From the NCBI GenBank assembly GCA_051362555.1, contig CM120644.1, forward strand, positions 3,108,954 to 3,172,953: a stretch of 64,000 nucleotides of DNA, read 5' to 3'. A program made the position numbers and the translations under genes. Below are positions 1 to 11,536 of this stretch, piece by piece. Every line of letters begins with the position of its first letter. The first letter of the stretch is position 1. The notes beneath the pieces were generated by a model. The model worked only from the letters and a program-made list of their open reading frames with translations, did no database searches and was not told the origin of the DNA. Source of the DNA: Lingula anatina. Lineage: Eukaryota > Animalia > Brachiopoda.

Positions 1-520
1 AACTTAGGATGTTTAGTTATGCGAAACCAATTCAAAATTCTATTTTTTTCTCTCGACTTTTAAAAATTTATAAAAATAAGATAGATCGATAGAGAGAGAT
101 AAATTTTCAGCAATTGCGTCCTCAATTTTTATACTTCTGATATTAAAAAAATGCTAAAGTTAAAACGTAGGTCTCAGTATACATTGTTGTAGGCCTATAA
201 CGACATAAATGTGGAATGTTAACCAAGCCGTCGACATAGTTAAGTGTGCGACTAAAACAACAAAACGATTTAACGAAAATACTTTAAAAAGTTCATGGGA
301 GTTAAGTTCCCGGTTTGCGGACGTCCCCACTACAAAGGGCAGAATCTTACTCGCTCTCGGCACGTGCTGCACCGTGCCTGCTATATTGAGCAATTTAAAT
401 GGCAGCTAGTAGGTCTTGTGCTCCACGACACATGTACATGTATATATGTAACGCCCTGTGTCAATGGGTGTTTTTTTGGATCCATTGCAGTGTTATTGCA
501 GTGGCATCCAGTACTATATA

Positions 521-1230
521 CACAGTTATCCAGTAATATCCACTATTATCGTAGCGATATCCACTACTATATCCATTATTATCACAGTTATCCAGTAATA
601 TCCACTATTATCGTAGTGATATCCACTACTATATCCATTATTATCACAGTTATCTAGTAACATCCACTATTATCGTAGTGGTATCCACTACTATATCCAT
701 TATTATCACAGTAATCCGGTAATATCCACTATTATCGTAGTGATATCCACTACTATATCCATAATTATCACAGTTATCCAGTAATATCCACTATTATCGT
801 AGTGATATCCACTACTATATCCATTATTATCACAGTTATCCGGTAATATCCACTATTATCGTAGTGATATCCCCTACTATATCCATTATTATCACAGTTA
901 TCCAGTAATATCCACTATTATCGTAGTGATATCCACTACTATATCCATTATTATCACAGTTATCCCGTAACATCCACTATTATCGTAGTGGTATCCACTA
1001 CTATATCCATTATTATCACAGTTATCCCGTAAGATCCACTATTATCGTAGTGATATCCACTACTATATCCATTATTATCACAGTTTTCCAGTAATATCCA
1101 CTATTATCGTAGTGGTATCCACTACTATATCCACTTTTATCAAAGTTATCTAGTAATATCCAATTTTATCGCAATGGTACCCAGTGCTATATCCCGTATT
1201 ATCATAATTTTCCAGTACTATCCCATGAGT
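521..1230. repeat. 62-bp tandem repeat, ~11 copies
   Basis: Unit cacagttatccagtaatatccactattatcgtagtgatatccactactatatccattattat recurs at 521, 583, 645, 707, 769, 831, 893, 955, 1017, 1079 and 1141, degenerating at the end. Confidence 0.95.
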
Positions 1231-1486
1231 ATCAAAATCTAAAGTCGAAGCAGATTTATGCAACAGCAGAAAGAATGGTAATGTTTGTGAAAAGTGCAAT
1301 GCCGTGACCTTATTGAGTCTTACTGTGACCTTACAGAGCGGTACTGTGGCCTTTGACATCTTAACGTTTGAAATGGGGCACGACCTTGTAGAAGAGTGCT
1401 TTTCCTCTCTAAAACCGTCATCTGAGAATATTCAATACTCTCCAGTTATGTCAAAAATGTCACCTTCTTATAGGGTTATATATATA

Positions 1487-1566
1487 GATATCCCGTGGGG
1501 AAGTATTCCAGTGGGTAGGCCATATTTGACGCTCGGACTAGTTAGTCCCCTATTCTGAATAGGACC
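1487..1566. mobile_element. Partial copy (3' arm) of palindromic MITE family B
   Basis: gtgggtaggccatatttgacgctcggactagttagtcccctattctgaa resembles the 3' arms of the copies at 9223-9428 and 45372-45555. Confidence 0.55.
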
Positions 1567-3033
1567 TATGAGTTTCATTCATCTGGGCTCTGAATTTCAG
1601 GGTGTTGTTTATATTGCAGGGTGACTTATGACCTTGGCACAAGTAGACCGACAACCAAATGTGGAACACATGTTGGCACGGTCGTATGATAGCTGACATA
1701 TACGGTGCCACCGTGACTAATAATATACACTAATAATACACACGTTAAAATAAACTTACACGAGCTCTGCCAGCACGCATGCCAATTAAGTATCTACGCA
1801 CACAGACATATCATGCACGTCTACACACGCAAACACGCACACGCGTGGGTACGTATGCATACCTGCACACTAATCACACATACGTACGCACGCACGCACA
1901 CACACACAAACACACATGTAGGCTACAGACACTGAATTTACGACACACTGTGGTGTGCATAGAATTTTGATTAAAAAGAAACGACATGCCACCCGACACA
2001 GATAATTCTGCACTGCCCATACCTATCAGGCAAATATACTCACAAACCAACTAAAAAACACGCATGTGAATGAGCCCCTTAGAAAGAGCAACAAATCAAA
2101 ACAGATGAGAAAAACTCAACAGGAAGAAATCGCGGGTCCTTTATATTACATGAGTTCATGGGCATATTTTTCCGCAGGTATCCGACATGAAAAAAAATCC
2201 CTGTACTGTATGTCCCCTGTGTCTTCTTTGTGGCTTTTCATGAAAATGTTAGCATCACAATTGCTTTCCATTCAGTTATAAATAAACTCCGTTTTGTCTA
2301 CGTTTACTACAACAACAACACCAAATCAAGCCGATTCATGCGAAATACAAAACTATCAGAGCACAGTTTACGTGCGTTTCCTCAGCAACAGGAGGCTAAG
2401 ATCTTTTTCCTAGGCTCCACAATAAATCCATTGTGCAGTCGGAAGCCCTGTAAGATCTGTAACCGTAGTTTGATCCAATTTATGGGCCATTAGCCGTACT
2501 ATTAATGGAGCGTCCAGCGGCTACAGAAGCCAAGACCGTCCCAGGACCCCCGTTAGTAGCCTACACGCATTTGGACATTTACCCAAGTCATATTTTCTAG
2601 CTTCTAATCCTTCCAAATTCAGAACTTTAAAACTATGTGCCCCCTCAAATGAAATAAGAATGGCCAGTCATTTTAAACTAAATATAAAACATTGAATTAA
2701 AAAACGGAATACAGTAGAACATCGTCTCCAAGTGCAGGAACGGGTGTAGCAATGGTTCGCGCGCGTGGGGAGTAAATTGCTTTTTTTTTTTAGGAAAATC
2801 CATTTTGTGGGGTTAATCTCATAGAAAGTACATTTTACTTTAACAGCTTTTTCTCACTTAACGAAATATAGTGACTTTATTTTGTAAACTACTGTGGATT
2901 TAGACTGAATATCACGATAGAGGTATAGCAAATGACTTGTCTTCAATACTAAGCCAGCTAAAATTTGGAGTAAAGTTATTAATGTGAAAAACGGACCCAA
3001 AATCGATTGTCTCTCCCTCTCTTATAACACCTG

Positions 3034-3185
3034 CAGTGGCGGTCATGACACCCCCCCCCCCCCCTTCGATTTCTGGTCACCTCTTGAAATTAGAATTTTG
3101 ACTAGCTGAATCATAGTTCTAAACCGTACCAAATGGCACCGTCCACCCCCTTAAATACCAACATTTTTCGAACCCTACAGTACCC

Positions 3186-3229
<44 letters not shown>

Positions 3230-3323
3230 ACAGGGTGTGTGTGTGTGAGTGGTGGGCGGGGGGGTGGGGTGTTCGGCTTCGCATCCGCGGACCCTCCTTC
3301 AAATAATCCTGGATCTGTCCCTG
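3034..3323 (-). mobile_element. Non-autonomous TIR element (CAGGGGCGGATCC-type end), inverted relative to 17902-18152
   Basis: 3270-3323 (cgcatccgcggaccctccttcaaataatcctggatctgtccctg) is approximately the reverse complement of the start of the 17902 copy; contains an internal (TG)n tract. Confidence 0.55.
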
Positions 3324-4849
3324 ACCTGATTGCTATCAAAATCGATTTGGGTATGTAATCTATGAAGGGAGTTAGATAGAAAAACGGGTGTTATGGGCAC
3401 ACGTGTGACCGAAAAAAGCAAAATACAACATAAATGCTGTTTTCAGTATTAACTGTAGATCGAAGATAATCAGTACGGTGTATTTATTCTAAGTACATAA
3501 CACACGTACCGTGAAATTCTTCTCTATGGCGGAAAATATTGCATCCAGATTCTTTTTCTTTTATACTCTTGGCGAGGGGAGGCTAGGAGGGAGTGAAAGG
3601 CTCACCACAAAATATTTAATCTTGACATATCGTGGTACGGGATGGGGGGGGGGGGGGGGTAAAGGGGGGGAGGAGGAACATTTAACGGAAAATAATATAT
3701 CAAGATGGAAAAAGGGTGGAGACGCCGACAGGTAAATGAAAGGTGCCTGGTTATGAATTTATTTGAAGCTGCCGAATGCCACGCGCCTAAATATATAAAT
3801 GTATAAATAAATTAACAATCAAATAGATAAAATTCGAGATCAAATATTTCCCAGGAACAGATGCGTCCCCGCAAAATATAAGTATCAGGGTCTAAATTAC
3901 TTCAGTTTCCTGTGACAACGAAATTATTGATACATGTACCTTTGATCAAAATCCATATCATATACAAGAACGTGCTACGAAAAGGAAAGGGAGGGAAAGG
4001 GAATCTTCATCACCGATTTTCCATAAGGTAGGGCCCATTTAAGGTATACTGAGATCAAACAACGTTCAGTTAAAAAGTCATTTTTGATCATTTACATTTT
4101 ATTTCTTTTCACAGCGTAGATTTCAGTGCAATGACTGGTGTTTTATTACTTTCTGTATGACGACAACATCCTTACTTTTTAACTTGCAGGATATAATAAC
4201 CACTTTTCGCACAAAATCACTCATGTTTGATTTCTATACCTGTAAACCTATTATCCATATAACAAAGAAAACGTTGTATGAGTTTTTTTAAAAAATTATT
4301 TTCAGGATATCAGCATATTACAGCTGCCTTATCCCGAAAGTCTAAAATTACGGAAAATGTGCTGAAAAAAAAAAAAGCGAAATCTCTGCACCCTGTGTGA
4401 CTAGGAAGTTGTTCTGTCGTAGCGTACAGATTAAGAAGGAAGTCATCGTGAGCGCACACTCAGGAACTGAGGGTACCAGCTACTGGACATTGTATGTGGT
4501 ATGAGTAAGCGTGGGGGACGACCGCATCCCGCTCTTTACAGCGTAAACTACACACGTAACTTTGAACTAGGCATGTTTATCTAGAATTAGCCCCCTTGTG
4601 GACACAACAGTTTTCCTGGCATACCGACACTCGTTCAAAACGGCAGACTGGAATCGATTTACTCTAATTACTTCTATAAACTGATCATCTTTCGACTTAA
4701 TCCCGCCATCTTTTATGTATTTTAGAAAAAAAAATTAAGTAGCATTTTTTATCAGCTCAACAGGCCTTAGATCAGATATATACAATTTGTATTGAAGTAG
4801 CAAAGCTTGTATGTTCAGGGGCATGTTTTAGCAAAGCATGTGCATGTAA

Positions 4850-5640
4850 GAAAGAGAGTGGAAGAGTGAGAAAAGTGAGGGAGTAAGAGGAGTAATGGAG
4901 ACTGTGGAGATAAGGGGAAGAGGGTGATGGTAGAGGACTGGGGAGAAGAGAGGAGGGGTATTGGAGGAGGAGGAGGAGAGAAAGTGTGGGAGAGGAGGGT
5001 GGAGAAGCCTGGACGAAGACTGTGGAGAGGTGAGGAAGAAGATGGTGGTAGAGGTCTGGGGAGAAGAGAGGAGGAGGGGGATAATAGAGGAGGAGGAGGA
5101 GGAGGAGAGATGTGATGGAGAATAGAGGAGGAGGAGGAGGAGAGATGTGATGGAGAATAGAGGAGGAGGAGAGATGTGATGGAGAATAGAGGAGGAGGAG
5201 GAGGAGGAGGAGAGATGTGATGGAGAATAGAGGAGGAGGAGGAGGAGGAAGAGAGATGTGATGGAGAATAGAGGAGGAGGAGGAGGAGAGATGTGATGGA
5301 GAGGAGGGTGGAGGATGAGATCGGATAAGGGAAAGGTAAAATAGTGAAGGGAAAGATAGAAGAGGTGAGAGAGCTGGAGAAATGCAAGCGGTAGGGGTGG
5401 AGGAAAGCAATGAATTAGGGCAGCGAGAAGAAAGAGAGGAGACAGGGCGAATGAGTGAAGAAGGGATGAGGAAAGAGGCTGAGGATATGTGCTGAGACTA
5501 CACGTAGAGGGTGAGACATGCAAAACAAATCGGAGTGAGGAGGAGGCGGGTAGCAGAATAGGAAATAGGAAGAAAAAATTGAGAGTAGAAGAAGAAAAGT
5601 GAGAGTGGGAGAGGAGAAAGGAAAACGAGGAGTGCAAGTT
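4850..5640. repeat. Purine-rich low-complexity tract with (GGA)n-containing minisatellite
   Basis: Almost exclusively A/G on the + strand; the unit gagatgtgatggagaata(gag)n recurs about 6 times at ~5080-5300. The long Ser/Pro/Leu ORFs on the - strand are by-products. Confidence 0.9.
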
Positions 5641-8600
5641 AAGTCCACACAAAGAAGTTTCCAAACAGGAGAAGAAAGTTAACCGAAACTGCACTGTATT
5701 GGCGTTCAATCTATATATTTGAGACCTTCAGTGCGTTACCGCAAAAATGTACGAATGCCTAGCACGATTGGCAACTTGTTCACAAAGAATTTTCCTAATT
5801 CACGAACAATGAGTACACCATTACGAACAGATGCACTGCATCGCGTCTCCACTTAAAATTTGAACACTTACCGGGCGGTATTGAAAAGACGAAAGAGGGG
5901 GTATACAAATACTTTGATCCTATTCCATTTCATTTATTTAATTTTTTGAGGGGTAAAGGGTCTTTCTCCCTTTAAGGGATCGAACTGCTAGGAACATCTT
6001 AAAACATTTATTTTATTCACTTGTTTCCATGTGCGTAGGATATCGATGCACACAGTCCTGTATCATCTTTTCTAATATTAACATCCCCAATCTATTACGA
6101 CTGTTGTTTTTATTATGTCTGGAAAACAAATGATATTTTCAACACATGGCTCTCGTAAAAAGTGAATCGTCATCCACAGTATCCCTTATAAGGAACTTAC
6201 GCGTGTTGGCCATGTGCCGATTACTATACTGTATGACTAAAAGAGTTACAAAAAATAATTAAACCTGTCACCATCCTCTGTGTATTCATTTCATGCCTTT
6301 TGTGCAAAAAAAGTGAATTTTGAAACAGATATCACTCAACCTCGTGACTTGCCACCCCTTTCTGCTGTTATTTTGGTTCAACATTTGGACGCGTTGGTCA
6401 TTCAAGGTTGTTTTATAAAGTCCCGTCAAATCGAATTAGGAACGTAAATCTCCCAATTAATGGCCTCGTATCTAAGAGGACGGTAAAGTGGATCGTTTTC
6501 TTACAGTAGAGAGTGCTTGCCTTTCACTTTACCAGCAGGCCTATATAGCCAACAATTTCAAAGTGGGAGATCTTTTCCCGAAAAACTGAATATGCCCCTC
6601 TCTTAGTAGTTAATTATTGACCCACCATAAAAACTGTCTAGAAAACGTTTAAAATATAAAGAAGACCCGGTTTAACCCGGCACTTTGGGACACAAAGATT
6701 TGCTCCAGTGAAAGGAAGGTTCGAGTTAACACATTTTCAAAATAATCAGATAATACAAAAAAAAACTTTCAAAATATTTGTACGAGATAAACGATACAAC
6801 CCGTGCCATAAGGCGGCGAGGTAAGCAGAGTTCACCGTATTTCAGGATCAATAAGTCATTTAACACCTCTTTGATTTTACTGCCCGGTCGTTTAACTGAA
6901 CAAAAGGCGTTATCTTCGTACAGACGAAGTGACTTTATACTTGACAAAACGTTCATAAAACTGGAAAGTTTTACAGCCAATAAATATCCTTCAAAATACT
7001 AAATACTGAAAGCCCAGACGGTTACCAAATTATTAAATCTCTTTCATTTTGTTGGCTCCTCAGTAAATCCCGAATCAGCCACTAATCTGGAACTTCTGTG
7101 TTTTAACAGACTATATAAATCTGGTTTGCGTTTGGAGGTAAAGCCGTGATAAACGAAATAACGAACAGCGTCTGCAGGGAGAGCGCGAGCTGTCGCGAAA
7201 AAGAGCTGCGTGGGACCTGTTCAGTTTCGGGGGAAGGATTGGGGATTGGTTTGCCGGCAGTTCAAGCTTTGTTCACTCGAGTCATTTTAGGTCGAAATTT
7301 GGTCCACTTTAATTCAGAATGAGGATGTTATTTGTGCACTAAAACAGAAGAATTGTCGATCAAAATAGTAAACATTTTTCTTGTTTTAAGCATGCGCCAT
7401 GATCCATTTAGTTGGACGTCTAGGGTCCAAGTGCACTTCAAGTTTTGGTCTAAAAGTTAGGACTAATTTCCCTGATAAATTTTGATTGTAAAGCCCGTCC
7501 TAGATCAGTCCGTCATTCCAATAGAGCAATTGTAGACTAGAAGAATTTGAAGAACTACATGTGTATAGAGTCAAACTACTGCAGCTGTGACATCTCACTA
7601 AAGAAATTCATTGAAGATATCAAATTAGCCGGATAAATCTCATGGAAAACGTCAGTACGTTTTCCACTTCCATTCACAGCTATATTGGAATACATGTATT
7701 TATAGACAGCTTATTGCGCGACAAAATTTATAACAAATGTGGCGTGGGCCTGACATTTAAGTTGTTTTCTAGATTTACCACAAGCTCGTTGATTGAATCA
7801 TACCAATGCTAACAGTTTCTCCGTTGTGTAGTTTTTATATTTCCTGTTAGATCGAATACATAAAACACGATAAAATACGTGGTGTATATGCTGCGCGTTT
7901 TTTCACTCCTGGATAAACAATCAAAATGATAAACTATTATTTCTATTTCTACATTTAGCAGGAAACTACGAAAGAGAACTTCGTCATTGTACATAAATAA
8001 AAAAGATATTAGGCAAGTAATTTTAAATAAAACCAATAAAAATATGAAGTTGTCTATTGAACACACATACACGCATGCACACACACATCTAGCTCTTAAC
8101 CTTAGTCTTGCTACGCTAAGGAATGAGGACTAGAAAATCGTTTCAAACCTAAATGAGCTGTAAAAAGAGTCAATAAAATACATTGTACGGGCTCATAGGA
8201 TTGGAAGGGGGGTTCAGACGGTTCGAACCCCATTTCAAATTGCTTGCTCTACAAACCAGTTGATAGATTAACAGTAGTGTAACTCTCTTCATAAGCACAA
8301 AGACCCCAGAGAAGACCAGGATCAGGTACACATTGACATTGGTTATCATCCTGGCTTTGTTTATTTGTGTTTGTACAAAGTAATAAACAAGTCGCTACTG
8401 ATACGAGGTTTATATCAGCACCGGTGATTAGTTATGACGCCACATATGATTTTGACTTCCCATACCGTGGTGTGTATAGTATTTTCTTAAGCAAATTTTC
8501 ATCTTTGCAACACAATTAAATGTGCACAGGATGGGAAAGAGTTTAAAAGTATAAGAGATTTTTGCTTATTTCTACTTTTCTCTTTTTATCGTATCTTTCC

Positions 8601-9004
8601 CTCCTAATTTTCTCTCTCTCTCTCGATATCTATTGAAACGGGTGTACACCTCCTTGGGCTATTCCATTTCTGGTAATAGGAAATACAGCCACTTGATGAC
8701 AGGTGCTCCCGTGTGCCGCTCTCTCTGGACTATGAAACACAGGGTGCGCAGCTGCACAATGCATTTCACGGTTGGGGTCTTTTTACTCCAAAATAATCGG
8801 CAGCGTAACTGAGGTTTACTTGGACAAAAACCAAAATAGTCACACAATACTCGGCAGAGAGCCTGTGTTTATTTTGCAAAATGAGAAGCGACTGACGGAA
8901 ACTTATCATCAACAAAGTTACGGTGTAAAAAAAAACTAGAGGGCAATAAAGTGCCAAGTTTCCAAAATAATGCCATCTAGATTCCGTGTGCAGCGTGACT
9001 CTTA

Positions 9005-9219
9005 GGGCGTATTCCCAGAGCTTTTAGATCGATCTATCCCCGCGGAGAGTCTCACTAGATTACTGTCGGATAATCCGGCTTAAATGTTCGTCCCGCCTAC
9101 TACAAGCTGTATGGGCGTAATTAACTTTCGTGCCCGCTCGGCTGACAGCTATTTAGATTGAACCCCCAGGGAGTTAGGTCGATCTAAAGTAGGTCGATCT
9201 AATCTCTGGGAATGGGGTC
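9005..9219 (-). mobile_element. MITE family A (PIF/Harbinger Tourist-like)
   Basis: TIR gggcgtattcccagag ... ctctgggaatggggtc, flanked by TTA/TTA; reverse-complement homologue of 9777-10002 and 28282-28507. Confidence 0.85.
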
Positions 9220-9222
9220 TTA

Positions 9223-9428
9223 GACCGCATTCAGAACAAGTTGGTCCGCAGACTAGCTGATCCGCGGATCAAATATGGCCACCCCACTTGAAAGCTTGCC
9301 GCATAACCGCCTAATAGACAATGAATAGATTCCCTGCGAGGATAACGCGGCATGCTTTCACGTGGGTCGGCCATATTTGATCCGCGGATCTGTTAGTTCG
9401 TGGATCAAATTCGTTTGTGAATGTGGCC
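9223..9428. mobile_element. Palindromic MITE family B, directly abutting family A
   Basis: Long imperfect inverted arms (gaccgcattcag...gatccgcggatcaaatatggcc / ggccatatttgatccgcggatc...gaatgtggcc); related copies at 45372 and 54264. Confidence 0.8.
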
Positions 9429-9776
9429 TCAGTCTGTGTCGCAATAGAACCAGCATTGGGGGGCTAGTGGTTTCATAACGCCATACTGTTACAGCATAAA
9501 CCCGCGATATTCCAAACTACAGTGAAAAAATCAGAAACTATAACATATCTGTACGGTGTGTAATAAAAAAAGAAAACTTGACCGTGTTTCGACAAGAGTA
9601 AGTGCACTTAGTAGTGGAGAGAAGGGATAACCTCCCCCCCCCCCTCGCTCCACCATCTTCCCTCCTCTAGACCTCGGGGATATATTTCATACACCAATTC
9701 CTGGTCGATTTTCAAGTTATCAATTTCACTTCTTTATGTTAGTAGTGGATAATGACATATCACGGTATATCACTAA

Positions 9777-10002
9777 GGGTGCTTTCCCAGAGATTTAGAT
9801 CGATCTAAAGATTAAGATTTAGATAACCCTAACTCCCTGGGGGTTCACGCTAAATTGCAGTCAGCCGAGCGGGCACCATAGTTAATTACACCCTTACAGC
9901 TTTTAGTAGGCGGGACAGACGCTTAAGCCGGCCAAGCTGACAGTAATCTAATGAGACTCCCCACAGGGATAGATCGATCTAAAAATCTATGGAAATGGGG
10001 TG
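9777..10002 (+). mobile_element. MITE family A
   Basis: taa|gggtgctttcccagag ... ctatggaaatggggtg|tta; near-identical to 28282-28507. Confidence 0.85.
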
Positions 10003-11330
10003 TTATACTCTTCTACTAAAGCCAACTGACCCGTCCGTTTCGTTCTGCGAACACACACACACACACACACACAAGCGCAAGGGCGCACGCACACACACAC
10101 ACAGTGTAAAATAACGTTCGGATTCCCAACGTTCACTGACACACCGAGTTGTTATTGAGCCCCGGGAGTTATTATGACTCTGTGTGGGGCAATTTCATAC
10201 GTTTAGGGAAAGCAAAACCGACGTCGACAGTTGTCGCTTCACTTTCAGTGGTGGCTGAGTTGGGGCCTAGTTTTGGTATGCCTTTAAGAAAGCATTGGAA
10301 ACAGCCTGTTTAGTCCTACGATTAAAAAACGTATACAGTAGGTTCCCCATTACTCTCCATATTATAACTCAACTTATCGTTTATCTCCAAAAGATTTTTC
10401 CTCTGCTGTGGACATGGTACATTGCAACAAATTATCCGACTTCAAAGTGCCCAATTTCACGAGGTTTACTGTATTTTTGCGAGTTATGTAAATTCTTTCA
10501 CTCTGCTTATTATATATGTACTGATCGAGTCTGGATCGATTTCCTTTGATGATTTGGTTACGTGTAAATGGGCAAAAACAAACAATCTGAGTGACTTTTG
10601 TCAGTTACTTGCATGTACGATGGGGCACAGTGCATATAGCAGTTATAAGTTACGTTAAGATTTTGCACTGTATTTCACGTACAGTGTGTCCACAACTCGT
10701 GTCTTTTCTGTACTTTACAGCAAATACTTGCAATGGACTTGGTGAACCCGTAGAGCAAGTTGGCTCAAAGCATGCTCTACCTATACGCTGACTTTCCGTT
10801 CCAATGCACCCTAACTTCGTGTCAATCTATTTTTTATATTGCTTTTTTTACACAAAAACAGGAAATGCATGGCCGTTTCTGTTTTTAATTTTTTTCCAGC
10901 AGAATTCCTCCTCGCGCTGCTGTTCAAGTTAATCTAGTTTCTTAGACAGGTTTGGCATCGGTAAAACTAATAAACCCACTGATATGCTGTTAATATTATA
11001 TAAATAACGTGAGATCGGGCAAATGCGCGAATATATATTTCTCTCTCTACCCTCTTAATAGTAAATACCACAGCCCATCGCTGTATTTTAGACCGAGTTG
11101 TAATGTCTCTAACACTCCTGTATTCACGTTTGCTATATTTGCTGTGAAACATAAATAGTAAGTCCCGGAGGCTGAAACAGTGACTAACTAGACCCGAGCA
11201 AAAACATCTAGCAACCATAACAATTCTCCAAACCTAATAAATATTACGTCAGTTGATAAAATAAACCCAGACTCTAGTCAGAAGATCCCACCCCCACGCC
11301 CTGGGATTCCACCACAGGGAACCTACTTAC

Positions 11331-11536
11331 CAATAGCCAGCGTCATTTTTATGTAAAACCACCGAAAATCCGAAGCGACTTCTTGGTGGCCCTTTAAATA
11401 TCACAGCGTTCTTCGTGTCCACGTTAAACGATTGCACTCTCGTGTTAAAGCAGCAGCAGCAGAGCAGCAAGCACCACATTAAAAACAGTGCGGGCAACCC
11501 TGAAGTCTTTACACTTGGCACTCTTTGAAGTTGCAT
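11331..11536 (-). CDS. Integrin alpha subunit, first coding exon (signal peptide + start of the beta-propeller); rest of gene not found in the window
   Basis: MQLQRV...LFLMWCLLLCCCCFNTRVQS then FNVDTKNAVIFKGPPRSRFGFSVVLH, matching the integrin alpha mature N-terminus FNxD...G...FGxSV; phase-2 donor TG|gtaagt at 11330. Start codon uncertain (11599, 11536 or 11479). Confidence 0.85.

Noticed and set aside
295-657. 120-aa ORF
   Set aside because: Its C-terminal half is translation of the 62-bp tandem repeat; no recognisable domain.
4772-5709. Long Ser/Pro/Leu-rich ORFs (190-293 aa)
   Set aside because: Open in all three minus frames because of the low-complexity purine tract; no splice or domain support.
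8659-8847. 'GAP' motif in a minus-strand ORF as possible integrin alpha exon 2
   Set aside because: Lacks the hydrophobic LLVGAP context and a suitable phase-2 acceptor.
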